From Eledone cirrhosa (taxonomy: Eukaryota), in NCBI GenBank assembly GCA_964016885.1, contig OZ024742.1:327298001-327362000 (forward strand): a stretch of DNA of 64,000 bases. Direction: 5' to 3'. Position numbers and translations under genes: made by a program. Each line of letters opens with the position of its first letter. Position 1 is the stretch's first letter. This document shows positions 13,935-26,224 of this stretch, one piece after another. Below the pieces are notes generated by a model. That model saw only the letters and a list, made by a program, of their open reading frames with translations. It was not told where the DNA came from and did no database searches.

Positions 13935-14310
13935 GGTTTCTGATTTTGGCACAAGGCCAGCAATATAGGGGGCAGATTTAGTCGATTAAATCGACCCCAG
14001 TGCTTGACTGGTACTCATTGCCAGATTTAGGACAAATAAGGCCCTGTGCACGTTAAATTATGAGGCCCTAAACATTTGAAAAACTCATCATAAAAAAATT
14101 GTTTGGTAGGAAGATGGGCCCTCCTGGCCAACGGGGACCTGTGTTTAAGCACACCTAAGCATAACGGGAAATCCGGCACTATCAGTACTTTATTTTATCG
14201 ACCCCGTAAGGATGAAAGGCAAAGTTGACCTCGGTCGGATTTGAACTCAGAACGTAAAAAGCCGTAGTTATATGCCGGAAAACATGCTGTCCGACGGTCT
14301 ACGGACTCTG
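13935..14310 (-). mobile_element. SINE interrupted by a hAT-like MITE (14016-14181)
   Basis: MITE TIRs cattgccagattt / aaatccggcacta; degenerate 8-bp TSD ctggtact/tcagtact. Confidence 0.75.
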
Positions 14311-14361
14311 CTAAGATATCTGACATAACAAATGATATACTAAAAGATCAGAGTGACCTAC

Positions 14362-14443
14362 CTGTAATGGGATCTTCCTCATCAACATGTATTTTAGGAG
14401 GGTCGTCTATGGTTATATCCGGGCAAGTATTTAATCCATTCAT
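14362..14443 (-). CDS. Putative first coding exon of an unidentified host gene (MNGLNTCPDITIDDPPKIHVDEEDPIT-G); exon 14484-14362
   Basis: Acceptor tatacag|, in-frame upstream TAG, ATG in ACAATG context, donor CAG|gtaggt, non-repetitive composition. Confidence 0.6.
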
Positions 14444-15149
14444 TGTGTATTGATCGAAACATACGATTTGAATCTAAACCCCACCTGTATACACACACTC
14501 AATTGTGGCCAAACCCTTTCTATATACACAAACACAACTGGGACTAAACCACTGTTTCACACACTCACTCAACTGTGGCTAAACACCTACTATAGACACA
14601 GCTATGTCTAAAATTCCTGCAACACACGGGCGATTTGTGGGTAAACTCCAGCTACGTATATCTATATATCTATATATCTATATCTATATATCTATATATT
14701 TATATCTATCTATCTATATATATATATATATATATATACACACGCAAATAAAACAGTCTTAATCGCAATTATATACGTACAAACTTGCGTGTTTAACTTC
14801 AACTATATACACACATATAGCTGTGCCTAAAAGTTCAACTGTCTTAACTCATGGATATATACATCCAGCCGTGTGTTTAACTCTGGCTATATACACACAT
14901 ACAACTGTTGTTACAACATACAAGTTATGTTAACTCTAGTTATATACAAAGAGACTGTCTTAATTTCAGCTATATACAAGGGACTCTCTGTTTTTCGTTC
15001 TCTATACATCTCTCTCTTTCTATATATCTCTCTATTTATTTATCTATCTACCTCTCTCTTACACCTCTCTCATACACATATATGGATGGACACACACACG
15101 CATACATATATTGAAATAACACTGTCACTCACACACTTCCTCTAACATA

Positions 15150-15620
15150 TTACTCTTCCTCTCTCATATAAACACATGTATACACACACACTCTCTCTTT
15201 CTCACACACACTACCACTCAATATCTTCCCCTCTCTCTCAGGTATACACACACAAACACTGTCACTCTCTCTCTCACACACTCTCTCACACACACTCTCT
15301 CTCACACATACTCTCTCTCTCACACATACACACACTCACTCACACACACACACTCTCTCTCTCTATCACACATACACACACACTCACTCTCCACACACAC
15401 TCTCTCTCACACACACTCTCTCTCTCTCACATACACACACACTCTCACACACACACTCTCTCTCCCTCTCTCTATCACACATACACACACACTCTCTCTC
15501 TCACTAATACACACACTCTCTCACAACCATTTTCTCTCTCTCTCTCTCACACACACACATAAACACACATACACTCTCCACACACACACATACACATACA
15601 AACACACATACACATACAAA
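15150..15620. repeat. (CA/CT)n low-complexity tract
   Basis: Direct reading. Confidence 0.9.
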
Positions 15621-15903
15621 CAGGCATTAATACACTATCTCCCTATTCCTACACCCTCCCCTATCAATCACACCACTCCCTTTTCACTCTCACTCTCTCC
15701 CCTCCTCTCCCTCTAACACTTGATCGCACTTCCACTCACAACCACACTCTAAACTCACACTCAGTGATTGAATTCCTCGCCAAAACATCAGAGAAGTAGG
15801 GGAAGAATTTGAAAAGATATCAAGTGAGGAATTAAATTGGAACGACCAAACAAACTACTGTTTCCTTCCTTCCTTCTTCATTTCCTTCCTTTGTGGCTCT
15901 GTA

Positions 15904-16675
<772 letters not shown>

Positions 16676-16783
16676 CGTTTCTGAATTTGTTTAGCAAGAT
16701 TCTTTATCTGAAAACGAGTGTTGAAACCGATATTGTTATGCTTTGGGAGGGTCATGTTGCCAATAAGAAACACACGCACTAGA

Positions 16784-16838
<55 letters not shown>

Positions 16839-17355
16839 ATATATATATATATATATATAACGAAGGAGGTGTGGTAAGGAACCAGGTGGACCATAACGCA
16901 CCAGAGTACTCACTAGTTAGGGTAGTAGAGTGAGTAATAGGAAAATGTTTAACATTTTCCTACATACATATATATATATAAATGAAAGTATAGAAATTAT
17001 TGTGAGCGTGAAGCCAACAGTATTTCATAATATATAAGTGACTATAACGTCAAAATAGAAAAATAATTAACGTAAGATGTGGGAAAATAATTCAAACTCA
17101 ATTAAAAAAAAAAAAAATATATATATATAAATATATATATATAAACATATATATATACATATATATATACATATATATATACATAAATGTAAGTATGTAT
17201 GTATACGTACATACATATATGTATACAGACGTACAGTAGTATGTATATATATACATACATGCACACATTTTTATGTACGTATGGGTTTACCGAATATTTA
17301 TTATAATGTTCGGTTTGTTTGTAAACAAACAGACCGAATTACCATTTATATATAC

Positions 17356-17404
<49 letters not shown>

Positions 17405-17407
<3 letters not shown>

Positions 17408-18010
17408 TGGCTGCCAACTCGTTTTCGAGTACGGTCACTACTTTATATCCATGTAGGAGTACCCCCACCGATGCGCTGAACGAGTGTGACTTTTTAGTCC
17501 AGCCAGCGACTTGAAAACTCTGGTACAAACACTACACTTGTGACAATTATTGACACATAGTGCTGGGCCCATGGTACCATGTGACGACAAGTGCAGAGAG
17601 ATCTCCAGATATAAAGCAATGCCTGTGCCGTGAAGCTTTTATAGTGAGCAAAGGCACTGCACAAAGCCAGTCCCACTCTCTTAACCAAGATGATATTTAC
17701 CAAAAAGAAGAACAAGTCAACATCATTGGATACCATCAGGGTTGCAGGTGTTATATCAGAGTTTCCCTTCTCCTAGAATTATGCCTTGACAAAGGCTAAG
17801 GGGTCATCTCTCCCGGTGATTTTGGATGGCCATTGACTCTTAGCTCCTTTTCCCTTTGACAGATTTTGTTTTTAGTCCTGCCGGAGGTTCAAAGTCACCC
17901 TCCTCACCAAGAAACCTTGGTGGGGTTGCCAGTTTAGTCGCCAACGACCCGACCGTGGGACAGGTTGTACTGGGATACATGTTACCAGTAGCACCAACTG
18001 GTGACCTGAC
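17405..18010 (-). mobile_element. Internally deleted RTE derivative (5'UTR joined to a C2H2-encoding 3' end)
   Basis: 5'UTR motifs ggcgactaaactggcaacccc and ggagaagggaaactctga; end encodes CSVCTRVFKSLAGLKSH, as at 49077. Confidence 0.65.
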
Positions 18011-18050
18011 ATATATATATATATATATATATACATACATACATATGTTT

Positions 18051-18087
<37 letters not shown>

Positions 18088-18250
18088 AGCATATTTACAT
18101 ATTTATTTGTGTACGTGACTGTACAAGCAGCCAGTTCTAGCGAGACATCAAAACTATCCTAAAGTTCTATGAAATATTTTAACTGTAATGTAAGAGGTGT
18201 GGTAGTGACATTAATATGTGTATGTGTGTATGTATGTGTGCATATATACA

Positions 18251-18340
<90 letters not shown>

Positions 18341-18418
18341 ATGTGTGTGTGTATATGTGTGTGTATATATATATATATATGTGTGTGTGTGTATATATAT
18401 ATGCATGTATATATATAT

Positions 18419-18453
<35 letters not shown>

Positions 18454-18494
18454 ATAGAAAAGGGAAGTGAGGGTCTATACAAAACAGTGGGTAT

Positions 18495-19499
18495 AGAGAA
18501 AAGATGAAGTTGGAAATAGCACGGGAAATATATTTAAGGGTCTGTTTTTCTTTTTTGATTCATCAAAGTGACATTATTGAAAAAATAGTGTTATTAGAAA
18601 GATAATTGTTTCTACTTTTGGCACAAGGGCAGCAGAAACCCAGTGCATTACTGGTACTTTATTTTATCGACCCCGTAAGGATGAAAGGCACAGTTAGAAA
18701 GATAATTGTTTCTACTTTTTGGCACAAGGCGAGCAAATATCCAGTGCATTACTGGTACTTTATTTTATCGACCCCGTAAGGATGAAAGGCAAAGTTAACC
18801 TCGGCGGGATTCGAACTCAGAAGATAATGTTATTAAGAAAGAGAGGGACAATTTTTTTTTGAAAATTTTTTTATGAAGAATATAAAGTATATGAGAAAAT
18901 TACCAGTTTCGATGTATTAAGATCCATCTTGTCAAATTCAGTGAAAAAAGTTAATTAAAAAGTGTTGGAAGGGGTAAAAAAAGGTTTAAAATTAAAATCA
19001 AAATCGAATGTTTGAGTAAAATTCGGTTTTGATTTTAATTTTAAACCTTTTTTTACCCCTTCCAATACTTTTTAATTAACTTTTTTCACTGAATTTGACA
19101 AGATGGATCTTAATACATCGAAACTGGTAATTTTCTCATATACTTTATATTCTTCATAAAAAAATTTTCAAAAAAGAATTGTCCCTCTCTTTCTTAATAA
19201 CATTATCTTCTGAGTTCGAATCCCGCCGAGGTTAACTTTGCCTTTCATCCTTACGGGGTCGATAAAATAAAGTACCAGTAATGCACTGAGCAATTGCTGG
19301 CCTTGTGCCAAAAGTAGAAACAATTATCTTTCAAATAACGCTATCTTTTCAATAATTGTTTCTACTTTTGGCACAAGGCCAACAATTATCCCACTGTATT
19401 ACTGGTGCTTTATTTTATCGACCCCATATGACGAATCAAAAAAGAAAAGCAGGCCCTTAAATATATTTCCCGTGCTATTTCCAACTTCAACTTTTCTCT
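18495..19499. repeat. ~1-kb palindrome containing SINE copies and hammerhead-like motifs
   Basis: Arms are reverse complements around ~19015. Confidence 0.9.
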
Positions 19500-20002
19500 C
19501 TCTCTCTCTATATATATGGGGAGGGTCATATTTGTGTAATATTGCCAGAATTAATAACAGAACACACTCACTGTTTGGTTGGTTTTCGCTTTTCGCTTCT
19601 GTGTCTTTTATATCGGTAATCTAATTTACTCGGTCCTCAATGTTGCCATTGACTGACCGACGGTCAAAAATAATACAGATACAATATAAACACAAACACA
19701 TATATATAGTTTATCATAAATCTTTCGTTGCACATCTGCAACATCGTCAGTGGTGCTATTGTTTCCTCCCGTTGCATTGTATGTCTACGCCATTTTTATT
19801 TAGTCTGTCTATATATTTATTTATTTATTTTCTTGTTTGTTTATTTTATTTTGTCTTCTTTGCGCATGCGTTTGCGTGTGTGTATAGTGTTTTGTTTGAT
19901 GTGTGTTCGTGATTGGGTGACTAGTGTGTGTTTATGTGTTTGTTGTTATTGTGCTTGTGTATGTATTTATTTATTTATTTATTTATCTATTTATTTACTT
20001 AT

Positions 20003-21367
20003 TTATACTTCTCTTATGTTAGTGTTGTTTGTTTGGGTGTTGTTATTCCATTCATTCTTTCTGTTTAGTCTTGGCCTTCTAAGTTCTATTTCACTGGCCT
20101 CTCTGATTTGCCTATCTGCTGGGTCATTTCTATGTTTAGATATTATTCTAATTTCTATGTTGTCTATGTTACCGTCATGTTGTTGTCTGGCATGTTCGTA
20201 TAGTACTGACCCGTTTTTTCGTCCTTTTAGTTCCCCCCAGTGTTGGTCTATCCTTTCACCTATGCTACGAGCTGTCTCACCTATGTATGTTGTTGTCATG
20301 TTTCTGCAAGTACCCTCTGTACATCTTATGCTATAGACTACGTTTCTAGTTTTACAGTTTATCCGGGGGTTTACCTTACATATGATACATTTCCTATTGG
20401 TACAGTGGGTTTTCTTAAAAGGGTAGGTTTTGCTGATCAGGGATTTTATGGTGGTTCCTGGCTTTTCTACCACCTTAATTTTTAAGTGGGTCTTTCTCAG
20501 GGCCTTTCTACACTGGTTAGCTAATTTCCCTCCAGGGGTAGCGTCCACAAACATGACACTCTGGTATCTCTGGTTGTCGTACCATGAGGTGGCTTTCCCT
20601 ATCTTATGTCTAGCCCTATCTAAGCTATTCCATGATTTGCTCCTGTATAATGGGCAAATTCCTTTCATGTCCAGTTCTATGAGGGTCCTATACTTCTCCA
20701 TGGCTCCTTCGTATACTCTGACACTGTCTCTTTGGTTGTAGCCAGAGAACTGCATGCGGTTGATGAAGTGTTGGATGTGTCTTTCCATTTCTGTTGGATC
20801 GCACATGCGGGACACATTCTTCATCACTCGTACCAAATCTGCGATCAGAATATTAAACTTAGCACTACTGGACATTGTTGAGTTTTTGAGTATCAGGTAT
20901 TTGGAGGCCATGGGTTTAGCATAGTGTGAGTGGAGAATTTGGGCTCTCTCGTCTATAGTGTTAATCCAGAGTTCCGTGTCTAATACAGGTAGTCTATTGT
21001 TAGGGTGTTTGGAAGGGAAGTCGATAGTTACGGTTATACTCTGGTGTATGGAATTAGCTATCTGCTGGATGCTTTCCATTGTGCTACGTTCTAAATCAAA
21101 CTTGTTAGTGCTCTCTAGTGGGGATGTTCTTATAACTATATTGATATCGTCTACATAACGAGAGTACATGATGAGGTCTATGGAGCTCTCATTAAGGAGA
21201 TCTTTAAGTCTCCTTTCCCACCATACCATGAAAAGGTTGGCAACATCACCAGCTATGCTGACGCCAATGGCTTCTCCCTCATTTTGGGTGTAGATCTTCT
21301 CGTTGAACTTAAATATGTGGCCCTTTAGGGTAGTTTTGATACTAGCCCCTATTGCATGTGCGACCAT
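20003..21367 (-). CDS. Penelope-like RT C-terminal part + GIY-YIG endonuclease
   Basis: QNEGEAIG, SRYVDD, LPVLD, CTNRKCIIC linker, NVVYSIRC, YIGETARSIGERIDQH. Confidence 0.92.
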   Translation of the reverse strand: MVAHAIGASIKTTLKGHIFKFNEKIYTQNEGEAIGVSIAGDVANLFMVWWERRLKDLLNESSIDLIMYSRYVDDINIVIRTSPLESTNKFDLERSTMESIQQIANSIHQSITVTIDFPSKHPNNRLPVLDTELWINTIDERAQILHSHYAKPMASKYLILKNSTMSSSAKFNILIADLVRVMKNVSRMCDPTEMERHIQHFINRMQFSGYNQRDSVRVYEGAMEKYRTLIELDMKGICPLYRSKSWNSLDRARHKIGKATSWYDNQRYQSVMFVDATPGGKLANQCRKALRKTHLKIKVVEKPGTTIKSLISKTYPFKKTHCTNRKCIICKVNPRINCKTRNVVYSIRCTEGTCRNMTTTYIGETARSIGERIDQHWGELKGRKNGSVLYEHARQQHDGNIDNIEIRIISKHRNDPADRQIREASEIELRRPRLNRKNEWNNNTQTNNTNIREV

Positions 21368-21380
21368 TTTTCTTACCTGA

Positions 21381-22091
21381 TCATTGTTTTGGGGGGGTCA
21401 GTATAGCTTTGGTCCACCCAATCCACCTTCCCATGGGAGTCTTTTTTGCTATTGAGGTTATGGTGGGGGGTCTACCTCTTATGGGTCTACTAGGGCAGAA
21501 ACATCTAAGGTCATGGCTGTCTAGGTAGTCAGTGTCGTAGGTAAGTCTAAGTAGGAGGCCCAGTTCGTCTGTGTCGACGTCGCAGAACTCCACCTTACTC
21601 TCAATGATCATCTCCACACATTTTTTCACAGCAAAATCAATGTTAATGGATGGGTACAGTGACACCACATCCATGCTGCCTATTATGCAGTTGAATAGGT
21701 TCCTGTTTTTGCTGCACTCACTGATTCTGCTGAGGAGGTCCTCTGTACTGTCACATACATCTGGGGACATCTTGATTATGGGGCGTATAACCATTGAGAG
21801 GAAGTAGGAGATCCTGTAGTTGCTAGCTATATTAGCTCCGCATACGGGTCTTGTTGGTGGTCCTATTGTCGGGTCGTCGACTGTCTTGTGGTCTTTGCGG
21901 AGCCCATACAAGGGTGGTATGCCATTGTTAGACGCCTGGAAGTTGTTGGCAGTGCGTCTGCTTGGCTTTAGGATGTCAGTCCACATCATAATGTGAGCGT
22001 TGAGGATTTTCTCTCTCCCATCGTGTGTTTGTTGTGCAATTTCGCTCGTGTTGGTGATGTGGGGTTGCATAGCCTTGATGTAGTTCGGCAT
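21381..22091 (-). CDS. Penelope-like RT, N-terminal part (ends at a frameshift)
   Basis: PLYGLRKDHK, PTRPVCGA, GSMDVVSLYPSI, RGRPPTIT insertion. Confidence 0.88.
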   Translation of the reverse strand: MPNYIKAMQPHITNTSEIAQQTHDGREKILNAHIMMWTDILKPSRRTANNFQASNNGIPPLYGLRKDHKTVDDPTIGPPTRPVCGANIASNYRISYFLSMVIRPIIKMSPDVCDSTEDLLSRISECSKNRNLFNCIIGSMDVVSLYPSINIDFAVKKCVEMIIESKVEFCDVDTDELGLLLRLTYDTDYLDSHDLRCFCPSRPIRGRPPTITSIAKKTPMGRWIGWTKAILTPPKQ

Positions 22092-22526
22092 GCTATCTGC
22101 ATTATTTTTGACCGTCGGTCAGTCAATGGCAACATTGAGGACCGAGTAAATTAGATTACCGATATAAAAGACACAGAAGCGAAAAGCGAAAACCAACCAA
22201 ACAGTGAGTGTGTTCTGTTATTAATTCTGGCAATATTACACAAATATGACCCTCCCCAAGTATAACAATATTTGTTTCGACACACGATTTCATATAAAAA
22301 ACCTCGCAAAACTAATTCTATATATATATATATATAGGAAAAGGGTCAGGACAACGACGGTTGAGCTCCGGCCGTTTCGACGGCTAGATCCGGAACTCAG
22401 CCGTCGGGGTCCTGACCCTTTTCCTATTACCCACTACTCTACTACTGTAAGTATTGAATACTCTGGTGCGTTATGGTCCACCTGGTATCTTACCACACCT
22501 TCTTTTGTTATATATATATATATTCT

Positions 22527-22770
22527 AGGGCGAGTAAAATTCTCGAGATCCATGGACGAGTTCTCTCCAGCGGTCTCTGTCCCTCATTATTGCTGCCATG
22601 TCCTGCGTCTCCAACAGACCAATGTCTGTCCTTAGGGCATCAACATACGTTAACCTTGGTCTTCATCTTCCAGTGTGTCCATGTAGGGGCTCCCACAGGA
22701 GCACTGAGTGCAATGTCAACTCTGGATGTCGGTGAGCATGTCCAGCTAACCTCAGTCTCCTCTGTGTCAC
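22527..22770 (-). pseudogene. RTE-like ORF2 C-terminal fragment
   Basis: [23 protein letters not shown]; near-identical copy on + at 47065-47230. Confidence 0.75.
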
Positions 22771-22789
22771 TTTTATATATATATATACA

Positions 22790-22962
22790 ATTATTTCTAC
22801 TTTTGGCACAAGGTCAGCAATTAACCAATACATTACTGGTACTTTATTTTATCGACCCCGTAAGGATGAAAGGCAAAGTTAACCTCGTCGGGATTTGAAC
22901 TCAGACCGTAATGGGACGTAACTATACTAGAAAGCATGGCGCCCAACCCTCTACCGATACTG
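22790..22962 (-). mobile_element. SINE copy
   Basis: Family match. Confidence 0.9.
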
Positions 22963-23749
22963 ATATAATACTTATAAAAAGGAAGTTTGTTTGTTGGCCA
23001 CTAATAACAGTAAATGATATTGGTAATAATTAAGGCTTTCCGTGTGTTTTCAACTTATGTGACCTCAGATAAGCTCGTAATTGCCCCCCCCCCCCCCCCC
23101 ACACACAAAACAACAACAACAACAAACAAAAACGGAATAGAGTGGGGTGAGAGAAAGGCCATCCGATTTTCCCAGCCTCGCAGATTTCTTCAGTGGGAAT
23201 TCCTTTTTTTTTTCAGGTTTTTGCCTTTTGTTTTCGATCCAACTCCCTTGCCAATGACCCTTTTTCCGAAAATGGAGGCGGGGAGAAAGGGGAACTCTCG
23301 GAGTTACAGATAATCACCTTTCAGCCGTTTAAATTTATAGATAAACACCCGCTGAGGATTGCGAAACAATTTATTTTCCTTTTTTTTAATGTGTTATTAA
23401 CTAATCTGATCTCTAACATACTCGCATTCGTTTTTTCTCCCGAAAACGGAATGGGAGGTGTGGTGGGGACCCCTTAAAGTATGTGTGCAAATACGTCAAC
23501 AAGGGCTCCAATGCTGCCATGTTTGCGCTACAGCAGTGAAATATGTCTGACGAGGTGTCCAACTTCCAAAACGGCTGATATATCAACAGTAACGAAGCCA
23601 CTTTTTGGATTTAAAATTTGGGCTCATTAGCCACCTGTGAAAAAACTTAACGCCCATTTGGAAAATGGACAACGAGCGTATTTTACAGCCCTAAATGCAG
23701 TTCAACAAGCCCTAGCACTAAGACAGACAACTTTGCTAGCATTTTTTAA

Positions 23750-24475
23750 CTTTGTAGAACTGATAGTTTTGCACGGATTCTCTTGGTTGTCCATCGTAAA
23801 CGATGTTGACATCTTCTTTATTGTTGTTCCCGTCTGCCGTGGAGGCCGATCCTTGACTTGCAGGTCGGGGACAGTGAGGGCAGGGGAAGAGACCGGAGTC
23901 AGACTGGCAACTCCCAGAGGTTACCTCCACCTGTTAACTTCCACCTCTCGCCCATCGCTGCAGGGCTTTGGGAGTGCACGCTAAAGAAGAAACCTGTGCG
24001 GGAAAGGTTTATAATGCACATTAACCGTCCCACTCACTCGGCCGCAGAAGCCAGAATCCGATGGTACGGAGGACCGTCACGACCAGGGACTTCCTTGGCT
24101 GCAGTGGATGGCCACGACGTCTGTAGTGCCTTGCCGTGCCCTAGCTCTCCACACCGCTAGCTGTCGCCGCCTTTGTGACCGTTGGGACGATGTTGTCCTC
24201 CTCCACCCACTCCGCCGAGTCCAGTTTTCGCATGCAGAGGCAGGCATCCCCTATCTAACTCACCGGGGGGTTTCAGACCTGCCCGGCTACCCTCAACCTG
24301 GTTCGGCCCGCCAGCCAAAGCGTTTTACCGGGGTATGGCCGCTGTCGCATGCTACAGCTTCTTGGGGCCACAGGTGAGACCTGAGTGTCAGGTGGGACCC
24401 AATGCAGGACGAGCTGTCCTGAAAAGGGCATGGCTAGCCTTCCCTACAGAGGTACATGCCCCTCCCTGACACCCC
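23750..24475 (-). mobile_element. RTE (BovB-like) 5'UTR fragment
   Basis: GC-rich structured leader ggggcatgtacc..ctcacctgtggcc..gcatgcgacagcggcc..ccaggttgaggg. Confidence 0.65.
24292..24475 (-). ncRNA. Candidate HDV-like ribozyme
   Basis: P1 GGGGUGU/AUACCCC followed by GG, P2 CUCACCUG/CAGGU(U)GAG, P3 GGC/GCC, J4/2 GCCGAA. Confidence 0.5.
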
Positions 24476-26224
24476 AGGCATATACACACGCATATACATA
24501 CACATACATATGTACATGTGTATATACATATTTACACATTTTTGGATGGCCGTTGACTCTTATGGTTCTTCCACCTTTTGTCAGGTTTTGTTTTTTGTCC
24601 TGCAGGGTGTCCAAAATCACCCTTCTCACCAAGTAAACTTGGTGGGGTTGCCAGTTTAGTCGCCGACGAGTCGACCAGGATATATGTACGGACTCTACTA
24701 TACAAACAAATACCATCCTATTACAATTTTGATAAACAGAGGAAAATGGAACCGGCGAAAACAAGAAAAACCATTAGAAAACAGTCCTGAAATTCGTAAA
24801 GCAGAAACAGTAGGTAGGATTTACACAATACATCCAGGACAGCGCGGATATTTCCACTTGAAGATGCTGCTTAATGAAGTTAGATGCCTCGAGTCTTTGA
24901 TGTACTGCTTAAAGTAAATGGCACTGTTTTAACACCTATCAAGAGATCTGTCGGAAGACGACAATCAGCGGGATGCAACACTGTATGAGGTGTCTCTATC
25001 TCGGATCGCCAAAAGTATTCGAAATTTGTTCACACTTATATTTAAAAATTGTGACAGCGAATCCATTGGCGCTGGGAAGTATAGGGTTGACATGTCCGAA
25101 GACATCAAACACCAAGCGCTATTGAGAAACCCTGCCATAAAAGTAACTTTTTCAGAGGAACATTATAACACAACTTTGATCAAGATTGAAGACAAACTGG
25201 CGGAAATTGTTGGTTCCACTCTGCATTTATTAGACCTTCATAGCACCGATAGAACTAATTTTTATGGCCTAAGGAGTGAAAATGTGCGTAAAAACTTAAT
25301 AAAACGTAGAAGACCTCATCTTTTAGGTTATCGAAAACGAACAAAAACTACTAGATGATCAAAAAGAGTATATAAAAAGATGTATTTTCGTTGATAAGTT
25401 AAAGAAACATTTCTTTCAAAGTGATACAAATGTCTTAAAGAAACGATATTCCGATAGTTGATTGTGGCGTTATTTACTGTCACTTTGAAAACATTGAAGT
25501 TAATAAACAACATTATTTCGAAACTGGATGTATCATTGTTGGGGAGTTAAAGAAACATTTATTTCGAAGTAATATAAATGTCTTAAAGAAACCTTATTCC
25601 GATTGTGGATTTATTTACTGTCACTTTGAAAACATTGAAGTATGAACTTTGACATTGCAGCTTAATGCGAACGAAGTCGATGTTTGAGCTCCCTAATTCT
25701 ATTCTATTTTATTTTATTCTTACCCTTTATCTGCATCTATAGATTTTGTCTTTCAGTCAAGCATTGCACACTGTAAACATTTATATATTTCTTTCCTTTA
25801 TTTTTCCTTTATTTATTCAATTCTTTCCTTCTCTCTGCCTCCACCCTTATATTTCACTTTACTTATTCTCTTTCTCCCTTTTCCTTTCATTTGCTCACGT
25901 ATTTATGTATCTGATTTTCTAAAAATGTTTTTTGCACTATAAATGCCACATATCGAATTCTAACCAATTTGGGTCTACACTTTTTCCCTTGGTTCTGTCC
26001 CTTTATGGAACCCATCAACCTATCTATTCCTCATTCCCTATCTATTCCTTTCCTCTCTCTATCCCTCCATACATATATCCATCTATTTATCCCCCATCAC
26101 TATCGTTCTACTCCTTCTTTCTATCCCTTTATACATCTACCAATCACCTCCATACTGCTTCTACATCCAACGCCCCAGTTAAAATGCCCATCTCTCCTCA
26201 GCCTTCCTCCCCGCGGGATGTCGA

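Larger units (their letters stand above)
19517..22320 (-). mobile_element. Penelope-like retroelement (probably Naiad type), 5'-truncated with inverted pseudo-LTR
   Basis: 19517-19674 is the reverse complement of 22101-22257; inserted in (TA)n; encloses RT + GIY-YIG ORFs. Confidence 0.92.
23475..25358 (+). pseudogene. Helitron RepHel fragment split by RTE insertions (23475-23750 and 24680-25358)
   Basis: KYVCKYVNKG, YINSNEA, HLENGQRAYF, TTLLAFF, then RTLLYKQIPSYY, VGRIYTIHP, LKMLLNEV; Helitron-like 5' end near 22963. Confidence 0.85.

Noticed and set aside
13676-13963. Poly-His ORF
   Set aside because: (GAT)n microsatellite; its start lies in a SINE tail
21381-21383. UGA as selenocysteine read-through in a Naiad-like ORF
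   Set aside because: The downstream ORF is in a different frame, so this is a frameshift
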